Below, piece after piece: positions 53,232-61,800 of a stretch of 64,000 nt of DNA. The notes under the pieces were generated by a model, which did not search any database, had not been told where the DNA came from, and saw only the letters and a list, made by a program, of their open reading frames with translations. The first letter of the stretch is position 1, and each line of letters starts with the position of its first letter. The position numbers were made by a program, and so were the translations under genes. This DNA comes from Actinomycetes bacterium (lineage in GTDB: Bacteria; Actinomycetota; Actinomycetes; S36-B12; GCA-2699445), in NCBI GenBank assembly GCA_022599915.1, contig JAHZLH010000065.1:1155-65154 (forward strand). The letters run 5' to 3'.

Positions 53232-56163
53232 TGGCGTCGTCAGTGGCCGAGGATGAATCAGCGTCGGTGCTGTCGGTGCTGTCGGTGCTGTCGGACTGCG
53301 ACTCGGGCGAGGGTTCGGCCTTGGCGTGCTTAGCGGCCTTGGTGCTCGACCCGTCCGCTGACTTGCTGCTGGTTTTCTTTGAGCCGGCTGACTGATCGGA
53401 TGATGACTTCGCGTTCTCGGTGGTATCCCCGGCAGCAGACTTACTCTTATTCTTACTCGCGCTCTTCTTATGGTCACCGCCACCGCCACCGCTGGCAGCG
53501 CTGGTCGAGTCCTTCTGATGGGTGGCCTCGCCGGTTGTGCCAGCCGAGTCGTCGTCGGCGGGAGCAGCAGGAGGTGAATCACCACCTGCCGCCTCGGCTT
53601 GGTCCTCGTGGAAGCCGGTGAGATCTCGCTTAGCCAGTTTGGCGAACTCGCCCTTCTTGGCCATGAGTTCGGTGTAGGTGCCCTCTTCGACCACGCGACC
53701 GGCATCAATCACCAGGATTCGGTCAGCGCTCTCGATAGTGGAGAGACGGTGAGCAACAATGATTCGAGTCGCACCCAGTGCGTTCATCGCGGCGGTGACT
53801 TTCGCCTGTGCGACATTGTCCAGCGCACTGGTGGCCTCATCCATGATGATGATCGAGGGATTTCGCACCAACGCCCGAGCCAACAGAATGCGCTGCGCCT
53901 GACCGCCGGAAATCAGCGATGGATCGACCAGGGTGTGCATCCCCATCGGCATCGCCCGGATGTCATCAGCCAGCGCCGCTGATTCTGCAGCCTGCCACGC
54001 GGCCCCTTCGTCATAACCAGCGCCACCCATGATGTTCTGCATCATGGTTGCCCGCATGATCTGACCGTTCTGCACCACGACCCCCATCTGTCGGCGCACG
54101 AGATCTGGATCTAGGTCGGACAGCGGACGTTCGTCAAAGAGGATTTGGCCGTCCTCTGGTGAGTCAAAACCCAGCAACAACCGGATCGTGGTGGATTTTC
54201 CCGAGCCGGAGGGGCCGGTAAGGGCAACCATTTCGCCGGGCTTGACATGAAAGCTCAGGTTGTCCAGCACGATGGGGGTGTTCTTCTCGTACCGATAGCG
54301 GACCTTGGTGAGCTGAATGTCACCGGTCAATCGACCGGGATCGGACTTGTCGGAGGTTACCGCCGGGACGTCGTCCATGATCGGGCGCAATAGTCGGAAA
54401 ATTGGTGCAGCCGAACCAATGGGGAGCAGGACTGAGGTCAGCGCGGTCAGTGCACCGAAACTCGCGCCGAACGCGCTGAGCAGCGCGAGGAAGGTTGCGG
54501 ATGAGACGTCAGGGGTCCCCGGCCCGGATCGGGTCTTAATCATGAAAATGAACAGGGCGGTGGCGAAACTGGTGGCGAACAGTGTCCACCCTTGGACTTT
54601 TCCGAAGACATTGGTCATCCGCGAGATGGCCACAACCTGATCGCGGACCAGATCGAGATAGCGGCCCTGCATTCTGGTCGTGGCTCCCGCAAGACGCACC
54701 TTACTGATGCCCGACAGCACCTGGATGACCCAAGAGGTCGAGGTCAACTGTGCGGTGATGGATTGCCAGTACAGCTTTTGCACTGTCCGAACCGCAAAGA
54801 TCCCGATGACCACGGTCACGATAATGACGACTAGCCCGGCCAGCCCGAGCGCAAAATCGTAGTAGAACATCAAACCGATGTTGACCAGGGCGAAGACCGC
54901 GGCGAGTACACCGCCGATCACCTGCACGTTGATGATCTGTTGGAAGGCGTCCACGGCCATGACTCGTACGGAGAGGTCACCGGAGGAGAACTTCTGGAAA
55001 AACGCCACCGGCATAGCGAGTACTCGATCCCAGAAGGCAGTCTGCACCCGCTCGATAGCGCGCTGGGAGATTCGAGACATGGCTCGGTACTGCACGAAGG
55101 AGAAGACCCCGGCGGCTAGCGCAGCCGCAGTCAGTGCCACCCCTGCCTGAACCAGCAGGTTGGTGTCTTGGTTGGGGACGATGGAGCCGAGGACAACGTT
55201 GGTCAGGATCGGAGTCAACAGGCCGATAACGGCCACGACCGCAGCCAGACCGATGGTCCACAGCCATTCCCGCCGCATACCTGAAACTGCCAGCCGGGCC
55301 ACATCCCTGCTGGTCACTGGCCGATCGCGATCCAGGGTTGGGTAGAACTGCATCGCATTTTCGTTCAGGTCCGCAGCTCGGTCGGGTGTCAGCGGCGTAC
55401 CCGGGTCGAGCGGGCCGGTGCGAAGGAGGTATCCCTTGCCGCCTGGGATCAACGCCACCGGGGTGCCGTCGTTCAGTGACTGGTCGAGAGCCAAGAAGGC
55501 GTGAGCTCGAGGCTGCTGCCAGTTCCCGGTCAGCTTCACCGGCCGGACCCTGATCCCGGAGGCATGAGCAATCCCTTGGAGTTGCTGCATCAGGTCGCTG
55601 TCTTTCGGGGTGCTCACCGGCCGACGAACGGTGAACCCTTCGAATTCACCGACCAGTCGAATCACCGCCGTGAGCGAGTCATCGGCGGGCTCGTCGAGAT
55701 CCTCGGATGGATTCTTGATGGCCAATGCCGCTCGGCGGTAGGACCGATCCAGGTTCTTGGTGTCAGCTTGGTAGGCCTGCTGGCTGATGTTTCGTCGCTC
55801 GGTGAAGTAGGCAGTGACTGTTTGTTGGTAGAAGTCGGCAAGATCTGAGCCAGTCTGATAGTTCACCGCGGCCAGTGATTCCAGGTATTTGCTGGCATCA
55901 GGAGTACCGCTGATTGTTGTACGGCTGATGCTGGCACCGATACGCGGCACCACCAGCAAACTCGTGTGATCGGCTCCCGGCACTAGTGCAGGAGCAGTCA
56001 ACGTCACCAACGGCACCAAGGTTCCGGAATCAGCTTTGACAAAGATGTCAGCAACTCCGGCATCGAGTGATGCGGCGGTTGTCGCATCGGTCAGCAGGAT
56101 GGCATCACGTTCCGACATTGCCGCCATCACCCGCCTCAGCGACGAGTCGGAAATACTCGCCAT
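53221..56163 (-). CDS. NHLP-type bacteriocin export ABC transporter, permease/ATPase subunit 2 (no active peptidase), with long low-complexity tail
   Basis: 980 aa. A ~280-aa N-terminal accessory region is followed by a 6-TM permease and an NBD (GPSGSGKST, LSGGQAQR, IIIMDEATSALD). The last ~150 aa are Ser/Asp/Lys/Ala-rich. Alternative starts are at 56127 and 56118. Confidence 0.85.
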   Translation of the reverse strand: MASISDSSLRRVMAAMSERDAILLTDATTAASLDAGVADIFVKADSGTLVPLVTLTAPALVPGADHTSLLVVPRIGASISRTTISGTPDASKYLESLAAVNYQTGSDLADFYQQTVTAYFTERRNISQQAYQADTKNLDRSYRRAALAIKNPSEDLDEPADDSLTAVIRLVGEFEGFTVRRPVSTPKDSDLMQQLQGIAHASGIRVRPVKLTGNWQQPRAHAFLALDQSLNDGTPVALIPGGKGYLLRTGPLDPGTPLTPDRAADLNENAMQFYPTLDRDRPVTSRDVARLAVSGMRREWLWTIGLAAVVAVIGLLTPILTNVVLGSIVPNQDTNLLVQAGVALTAAALAAGVFSFVQYRAMSRISQRAIERVQTAFWDRVLAMPVAFFQKFSSGDLSVRVMAVDAFQQIINVQVIGGVLAAVFALVNIGLMFYYDFALGLAGLVVIIVTVVIGIFAVRTVQKLYWQSITAQLTSTSWVIQVLSGISKVRLAGATTRMQGRYLDLVRDQVVAISRMTNVFGKVQGWTLFATSFATALFIFMIKTRSGPGTPDVSSATFLALLSAFGASFGALTALTSVLLPIGSAAPIFRLLRPIMDDVPAVTSDKSDPGRLTGDIQLTKVRYRYEKNTPIVLDNLSFHVKPGEMVALTGPSGSGKSTTIRLLLGFDSPEDGQILFDERPLSDLDPDLVRRQMGVVVQNGQIMRATMMQNIMGGAGYDEGAAWQAAESAALADDIRAMPMGMHTLVDPSLISGGQAQRILLARALVRNPSIIIMDEATSALDNVAQAKVTAAMNALGATRIIVAHRLSTIESADRILVIDAGRVVEEGTYTELMAKKGEFAKLAKRDLTGFHEDQAEAAGGDSPPAAPADDDSAGTTGEATHQKDSTSAASGGGGGDHKKSASKNKSKSAAGDTTENAKSSSDQSAGSKKTSSKSADGSSTKAAKHAKAEPSPESQSDSTDSTDSTDADSSSATDDASDH

Positions 56164-58345
56164 GTGCCGCTAGGAGTTCCTCGTGGGTGCCCCGTTCCAA
56201 GACCACGCCACCGCGGCCCAAGACCACGATCTCGTCAGAGTCGCGAATCGTGGACAACCGGTGAGCGATGATCAGACATGTGAGTCCTGACGCTCGCAAG
56301 GCATCATCCACCAAGGCTTCCGAGGTGGTATCCAAAGCTGACGTGGCCTCATCCAAGATCATGATCCGGGGTCGGGTGGCTAGCGCCCGAGCGATCTCGA
56401 GCCGCTGACATTGGCCACCGGAGAAGTTACGGCCGTCCTCGGAAACGTGGGTGTTGATGCCACCGGTTCGCGCCAAGACATCGGGAAGTATTTGCGCGCC
56501 ACGCAGCGCCTCGATCACGTAGTCATCGGGAACGGCATCGTTCCACAGTGTCACGTTCTGTTTGACGGTGCCCTCGAACAACACGATGGTTTGGTCGACC
56601 TTGGCCAGCACGCCAGACAAACTGCCCTCTTTATAGTCGGTGATCGACTTGCCGTCTACGAGCACTTCACCGCTCCAGGGGCGCAGCAGTCCTGCTGCCA
56701 GATTCCCGATCGTGCTTTTTCCTGCTCCGCTGACACCGACGAGTGCGACTCGTGCCCCGGGTTTCAGATCGATACTGAAGTTGTCGATGACCGGGGCTCG
56801 CGTGGTGCTGTAGCCGAAGGTCACATTCTTCAACTCCAGATGACCTGCCGGTTTGTCAGGTTGCGCGTTGCCAGCCTCGGTCAGTTGCGGATCTTCCGCC
56901 ACTTTCAAGACATCGTCGAGCGATTGCAGATTCGCGGTGATGACCTGCAACTGGGATCCGGTGCTCATCAGGGTTTGGATTGGGGAGTTGATGTTGATGG
57001 CGATGGTCTGCATCGCGAGCAAGGCGCCAAACGAAAACTCGCCGGCGATCACTAGCGCTCCGCCGAGAATGAGGATCGTGGCGCTGCTGAGCGAAAACAG
57101 TGTGGTGGGTGCCGAGCCAATCACCGCTGTGGAGTTCACCAGTCGAGTCTCAGCAGAAATGTATTGCGACTGCTGGCCGGACAGTGAAGTGAAGATGTCG
57201 TCTTCGGTGCCAGTCGACTTGATGGTTTCAATGCTGCGCACCGCCGATACCGTGGTGCCGCGGAGGTTGTTTTGGGCGTGAGTCACGAGTGACTGCGCAC
57301 TTCGCCGCCGCGACAGTACGACCTGCAAGATCACCACGTTGATCAAGGACAGCAGCACGACTAGCAGTGCGATCAGCCACTGGTAGTAGAAGAGCAAGAT
57401 GACGAACCCGATCAGGCCGATGATCGCAATCCCCGCAGAGGCCAACTGGGTGGCCAGGAGTTGCGCGACGCCAACGTTGTAGGTGACCCGCTGCGAGAGG
57501 TCGCCCGCAGCCCGCTGCATGTAGAACAGCATCGGCATGCGGAGCAGGTGATCGAGGAATTTCGCACTGCCCACGAGCGAGAACTTCACTTGTAATCGTG
57601 TGAGTACGCCGTACTGCGTGATGGCTAGCCCGCCGCGCAACAACCCAATCGCGATCAGGGCGGTGATCACCGTCGGGACAATATTGTCGTCGCCTGCGGT
57701 GAAGTAGTCGTTGACGATTAGTTCGGACAGTGGCGGCAAGGCCAGGCCAAGCAGCATGACCAGCAGGCCGATGATGATGGCGAAGGCGGTTCCCCGCAGG
57801 CTGTGTCGCAGCCAAGCGCCCAAGGCGGGAATCACCCGGAACGGATGCCCGGTCTTTTTGAAATCCGGTCCAGGTGAGAACCACAGCACGGCATCGGAGA
57901 ACTGTTCTTCCATTTGCTGCGCAGTGAACCGATAGCGACCGCTACCTGGATCGTTGATGTAGTACTTGCCGTCGTGCGCACCTTCCAGTACCACGAAGTG
58001 CGATCGCCGAATCCAGATGATCGCGGGAACCTGGACCCCCTGCAGCTTGTCGAAGCCACCGACAGCGCCGTCGGCCTTCAGCCCATACTTTTCTGCTCCT
58101 TTGACGATGTCGAGGGCGGTAGCGCCATCGCGTGAGATACCCAGGGTGTGGCGCAAGTCAGACAGTGGCACCCACTTGCCGTAATGGGCCAACACCATCG
58201 CCAGCGATGCGGCACTGCACTCCACCTCCGACATCTGGTTGATGGTGGGAACTGCCGCCCGTTTGGGTTTGGTCACCACCTGCGTCGGTGACACCGTCGG
58301 TGTGGGATTCGGGGATGCCGCTGCGGTGGCGTCCGATTGACTCAT
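56105..58345 (-). CDS. NHLP-type bacteriocin export ABC transporter with N-terminal C39 peptidase (peptidase/permease/ATPase subunit 1)
   Basis: 746 aa. The C39 triad context is intact (VECSAASLAMV, RSHFVVLEG, INDPGSG), followed by a 6-TM permease and an NBD (GVSGAGKST, FSGGQCQR, IMILDEATSALD). Confidence 0.9.
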   Translation of the reverse strand: MSQSDATAAASPNPTPTVSPTQVVTKPKRAAVPTINQMSEVECSAASLAMVLAHYGKWVPLSDLRHTLGISRDGATALDIVKGAEKYGLKADGAVGGFDKLQGVQVPAIIWIRRSHFVVLEGAHDGKYYINDPGSGRYRFTAQQMEEQFSDAVLWFSPGPDFKKTGHPFRVIPALGAWLRHSLRGTAFAIIIGLLVMLLGLALPPLSELIVNDYFTAGDDNIVPTVITALIAIGLLRGGLAITQYGVLTRLQVKFSLVGSAKFLDHLLRMPMLFYMQRAAGDLSQRVTYNVGVAQLLATQLASAGIAIIGLIGFVILLFYYQWLIALLVVLLSLINVVILQVVLSRRRSAQSLVTHAQNNLRGTTVSAVRSIETIKSTGTEDDIFTSLSGQQSQYISAETRLVNSTAVIGSAPTTLFSLSSATILILGGALVIAGEFSFGALLAMQTIAININSPIQTLMSTGSQLQVITANLQSLDDVLKVAEDPQLTEAGNAQPDKPAGHLELKNVTFGYSTTRAPVIDNFSIDLKPGARVALVGVSGAGKSTIGNLAAGLLRPWSGEVLVDGKSITDYKEGSLSGVLAKVDQTIVLFEGTVKQNVTLWNDAVPDDYVIEALRGAQILPDVLARTGGINTHVSEDGRNFSGGQCQRLEIARALATRPRIMILDEATSALDTTSEALVDDALRASGLTCLIIAHRLSTIRDSDEIVVLGRGGVVLERGTHEELLAAHGEYFRLVAEAGDGGNVGT

Positions 58346-59178
58346 TCTTGGTCCCCGAAGAGCAGTTCAATCGGATGCGGTTCTGAGTAGCGGTTCAACA
58401 CGGTGACTATTTGTCCCACGGCCGGAAGGTCGCTGGCAGAGACGTCGGCGTCATCAGCCACCACTACCGTCACCTGATGCAGTGGCAGATCCTCACCCCG
58501 AGTGAGTAACCCCAGTCGATCCTCGCCACCGGCCAAGACCGCTATCGAGTCTTGATTAGTCGGGGAGGTGGCGACGAATGTTACCTTGCCCGGCAGTTCC
58601 TGGGATTTGCCAGCCGATGTCGTGTAACTGATGGTGAGGCTCTCGGGGTCGTTGTAGAGCGTGGCGACTTCCTGGCTGGTAAAGAGAATGAAACTCAGGT
58701 TTGCGGCATCGGTGACCGCGCCGGTGACGGTCAGGAGTTTGCTACCCGCGTCCACTCCGGTGCCACTCTCGCCGCTGAGGTTGGAGACGGTCCCGGCCAA
58801 TGGTGCGCTGACCTTGATGGTGTCGCTTCCGTTGAAGGAGGTGACTTCCGCGAGGGCGTCTCCTTCTTTCACTTGGTCGCCGTCCGAGACCGCAAACGAG
58901 ACAGTCCCCGCCTGTGGTGCGGAGACTTCTCGCACTTTCGTTGGATCAGAGGTAATTCCGTACTGCTCGGTCTGCTGTGGGACAGTGCCAAACAACGCCC
59001 ACACTAGGCCGGCAGCGAAAGCGACCAAAACGACGCTCAGCGCGATCCATTTGCCGACCGTCGTAGTCGACACCACTTCATCGAGGGCGTCGGCGGATTG
59101 GTAGGTCTTGTGCAGCGGGTGGCTGCTGTGCTCCTGCTGTGCGGAACTGCTGGTTTGTGGACTTGTGGACACAGGCAC
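58342..59178 (-). CDS. HlyD-family secretion/adaptor protein of the NHLP export system
   Basis: 278 aa with one N-terminal TM helix (WIALSVVLVAFAAGLVWALFG) and a barrel-sandwich-like segment (G.V....V..GD.V..GD.LA.V). 4-nt overlap with the ABC gene. Confidence 0.75.
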   Translation of the reverse strand: MPVSTSPQTSSSAQQEHSSHPLHKTYQSADALDEVVSTTTVGKWIALSVVLVAFAAGLVWALFGTVPQQTEQYGITSDPTKVREVSAPQAGTVSFAVSDGDQVKEGDALAEVTSFNGSDTIKVSAPLAGTVSNLSGESGTGVDAGSKLLTVTGAVTDAANLSFILFTSQEVATLYNDPESLTISYTTSAGKSQELPGKVTFVATSPTNQDSIAVLAGGEDRLGLLTRGEDLPLHQVTVVVADDADVSASDLPAVGQIVTVLNRYSEPHPIELLFGDQE

Positions 59179-59334
59179 AGCCTATTGCCCGCGATCAGCG
59201 GAAGCAGTGAATGCGACAACTGATGCACCGATTGATGTCTGTGGATGAGCCTGGCCCGTTGGCGCTGGGACGTTGCTGCGGAGTCCACACGATTGCTGTT
59301 TGGCTCTTCGAGGCTCGCCACATACCCTGGGGGT

Positions 59335-60459
59335 ATGAGGATCGTGGTGCTCGGTGCGGGATTTGGTGGGCTGGAGCTAGCAGCGGTGTTGTCCGATGAG
59401 TTCGGCGAAGACCTAGATTTGACGCTGATCGACGCGGCGGACAGTTTCATCTTTGGCTTCAGCAAACTCGATGTGGTGTTTGGTCGACAAACTCCAGCGG
59501 CGGTCCGCACGCCTTACAGCCAGTTGAACAAGCCGGGCGTTCGGTTTGTTCAGGATCGGGTGGTCGCTATTGATCCGGAAACTCGGGCTACCCGCACTGA
59601 AGGTGGTGAGTACCCGGCGGACATCCTCGTTGTTGCCTTAGGAGCCAACATTCATCCCGAGGCGACTCCCGGTCTGGTCGAAAGTGGGCACGAGTTCTAC
59701 TCGATCCCCGGCGCCTTTGCGTTACGAGACGTCATGGCGGATTTCGCGGGCGGCAAGGTAGTAGTGGGAGTCTGTTCGACTCCGTTCAAATGTCCACCCG
59801 CACCGAGTGAATCAGTCTTGCTGACACACGACTACCTCACCGAGCGAGGCCTGCGAGACCAGTCCGAAATCACGCTGGTCATGCCATTTGGGCGGCCGGT
59901 GCCGCCGTCGCCTGACGCTTCTGCGGCCCTGATGACGGCATTCGCTGAACGAGACATCCGATTCGTACCCAAGACCGTAGTGCGCTCGGTAGATCCCAAG
60001 CGTCGGGTGGCGGTCACTGCGGATGGCGACGAACTGTCCTTTGATCTGTTCCTTGGGATTCCTACACATCGAGTGCCTGAGGTAGTGGCGGCGTCAGGCA
60101 TGACGGAAGATGGCTGGATTCCGGTGGATCCGTTGACGATGGAAACAAAGTTTCCCGGGGTATATGCGCTGGGCGACTGCACCAGTGTCGGTACCCCCAA
60201 GGCCGGAGTCTTTAGTGAAGGCCAGGCCAAGATTGCCGCCACCCGGATTGCTGATGTTATTCGCGATGAACAGCCGCAGGCTGAATACGACGGCCATGGA
60301 ATTTGTTACGTGGAATTCGGTCACGGCTCGGTAGCGAAAGTTGACGTCACATTCATGGCCGGGCAGCGTCCGGTCGGAGGGATAGCGGGCCCGTCGCCTG
60401 ACTTTCTGGCCGACAAGGAAGAGTTCGGTTCGAGTCGGCTGCAGCGCTGGTTCGGGTAG
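59335..60459 (+). CDS. NAD(P)/FAD-dependent oxidoreductase (sulfide:quinone oxidoreductase / NDH-2-like)
   Basis: Rossmann N-terminus MRIVVLGAGFGGLELA, plus a second dinucleotide motif and the GDC..VGTPKAG region. ATG at 59335 is preferred over the track start 59245. Confidence 0.8.
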   Translation: MRIVVLGAGFGGLELAAVLSDEFGEDLDLTLIDAADSFIFGFSKLDVVFGRQTPAAVRTPYSQLNKPGVRFVQDRVVAIDPETRATRTEGGEYPADILVVALGANIHPEATPGLVESGHEFYSIPGAFALRDVMADFAGGKVVVGVCSTPFKCPPAPSESVLLTHDYLTERGLRDQSEITLVMPFGRPVPPSPDASAALMTAFAERDIRFVPKTVVRSVDPKRRVAVTADGDELSFDLFLGIPTHRVPEVVAASGMTEDGWIPVDPLTMETKFPGVYALGDCTSVGTPKAGVFSEGQAKIAATRIADVIRDEQPQAEYDGHGICYVEFGHGSVAKVDVTFMAGQRPVGGIAGPSPDFLADKEEFGSSRLQRWFG

Positions 60460-60602
60460 CCGCTGAAACCAATCTTTGCGGGATCGAGTCGGTGGAGCTG
60501 AAGCTCTTGGTCGACCCGTCCTATGCCATGCCGCTGGTAGCAAATCCTGCGGCTCGGGCTAAACCCGCGCCCAACGGGGCGCTACGTTCCGTTGACAGCA
60601 AT

Positions 60603-60647
60603 CTCGCTGGTGGGTTTCGAGATTATCGATCGAAACCCACCAGCGAG
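60603..60647. terminator. Very strong bidirectional hairpin between convergent genes
   Basis: CTCGCTGGTGGGTTTCGA-gattatcga-TCGAAACCCACCAGCGAG, a perfect 18-bp stem. It ends 8 nt from the stop (60655) of the minus-strand gene. Confidence 0.65.
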
Positions 60648-60654
60648 TAACTTG

Positions 60655-61800
60655 CTACTTCGGGCAGCTGGGGCCCTTCTTTTTGGCCCGCCAGGTCTGT
60701 TTCCATTTGGCGGGATCAGCAGTCTGGTACTGGGCGGTAATCACGACCTTGATCTTCACCTTGCTGCATTGCGGCGTAGCAACGACTTTGGCGGTGGTGG
60801 GATCGTTCTTCTTTTTTTCCACTGCGGCGCAGGTCTTCTTCTTGGCCTTCTTTCCCTTGACCTTGCTGCCGTTGGCCTTACACACCATCTTGACCTTGGT
60901 GATCTCGCCATTCGTGACAGCGGCTCGAACGAGTTTGGCCTTCTTGTCGATCTTGATTTTCTTATCCACTGACTTGCCGTCTACCGCCAAGGTGGTCTCT
61001 GCGGGTGTCGGGTTGTTGGGATCGTTCGGATCGTCGGTTTGGACCGGCTGCCAACTCGGCTCGTCGCCCAGTAGTCCAGTCAGTTCTCGTGTGGCAGCGG
61101 CATTATTCGGGTCGAAGATAATCAGTTGTGGTTGCCGAGCGTTGGGATCCTCTGCGGCGGCCACAATCCGGGTGCCGTCTGGAGACCAGGCTGCATCCCA
61201 CGCATCCGGCCACACCGGAGTCATGGCACCTGCTCCGTCTCCGGCTAGCTGCCACACCTTGCGAACCGGATTGCCCTGGGAGAAGTCCACGCCACTCACA
61301 ATCAATCGCTGGCCATCCGGTGACCAGTCAAAGCTTGTTTCATCAATCAAGCCACTGGTGAAGATCAGCTGTGGGTTAGAACCGTCAACTCCCATCCGGT
61401 AGAGGTCGTTGGTAGCGCCGTTCCGCAGCAGTGCCCCGATAGCGCTGCCGTCTGGGTACCAGGCGGGTGATTCGATCTGGTCCCTAGTGGGTACGTACAG
61501 TCGCTGCGCTGGACCGGTGCCGTTGGCGGGAATCTTCCACAGTGAGGTGTAGGTGATCTCCGGTTGATTGGCGACTCGCTGGTCGTAGTCAGCCCTGATG
61601 TATGCGATCCAGTTGCCATCAGGGGACCAGGATGGCTGCAGGTAGTTGAGGTCGTTTTCCGCCGCAATCAGAGTAGTGACCCCAGTGCCGTTCGCATTCA
61701 TGACCATGAGCGAACCTTCTTCGGAGTAGGTCAACTTCTTTCCGTTGGGCGACCAGTCCGGATCGACTGCACGCTCGGGGCGGGCCCCAACGCCGTTGAG
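60655..61800 (-). CDS. TolB-like PD40/WD40 beta-propeller protein with Lys-rich C-terminal module; 5'-truncated (probable pseudogene or fragment)
   Basis: PD40 repeats (WSPDGNWIAY, WYPDGSAI, WSPDGQRLI, WSPDGTRIV). The frame stays open and still encodes a PD40 repeat (VDPDWSPNGKKLTY) upstream of the first start-like codon (TTG 61734). It runs straight to a stop at 61801-03 with no signal peptide. Confidence 0.6.
   Translation of the reverse strand, partial: LNGVGARPERAVDPDWSPNGKKLTYSEEGSLMVMNANGTGVTTLIAAENDLNYLQPSWSPDGNWIAYIRADYDQRVANQPEITYTSLWKIPANGTGPAQRLYVPTRDQIESPAWYPDGSAIGALLRNGATNDLYRMGVDGSNPQLIFTSGLIDETSFDWSPDGQRLIVSGVDFSQGNPVRKVWQLAGDGAGAMTPVWPDAWDAAWSPDGTRIVAAAEDPNARQPQLIIFDPNNAAATRELTGLLGDEPSWQPVQTDDPNDPNNPTPAETTLAVDGKSVDKKIKIDKKAKLVRAAVTNGEITKVKMVCKANGSKVKGKKAKKKTCAAVEKKKNDPTTAKVVATPQCSKVKIKVVITAQYQTADPAKWKQTWRAKKKGPSCPK

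Noticed and set aside
53232-53708. N-terminal 159 aa (Pro/Arg/Thr-rich) of the track ORF 52689-53708.
   Set aside because: It lies in an alternative frame over the low-complexity tail of the ABC exporter. ABC-ATPase homology only starts at ~53231, where a GTG start fits.
59335-60459. FAD/NAD(P) oxidoreductase adjacent to the RiPP export operon as a cluster member.
   Set aside because: It is divergently transcribed with its own promoter region and resembles SQR/NDH-2 housekeeping enzymes. Nothing ties it to the cluster beyond adjacency, so the cluster boundary is left at 59178.
61564-61800. Upstream 79 codons of the track ORF 61564-62808 (MIGDSLVVVSPDV...).
   Set aside because: This part is simply the antisense of the PD40 coding sequence, open by chance. 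Similarity to surface-protein repeats starts only after ~61805.
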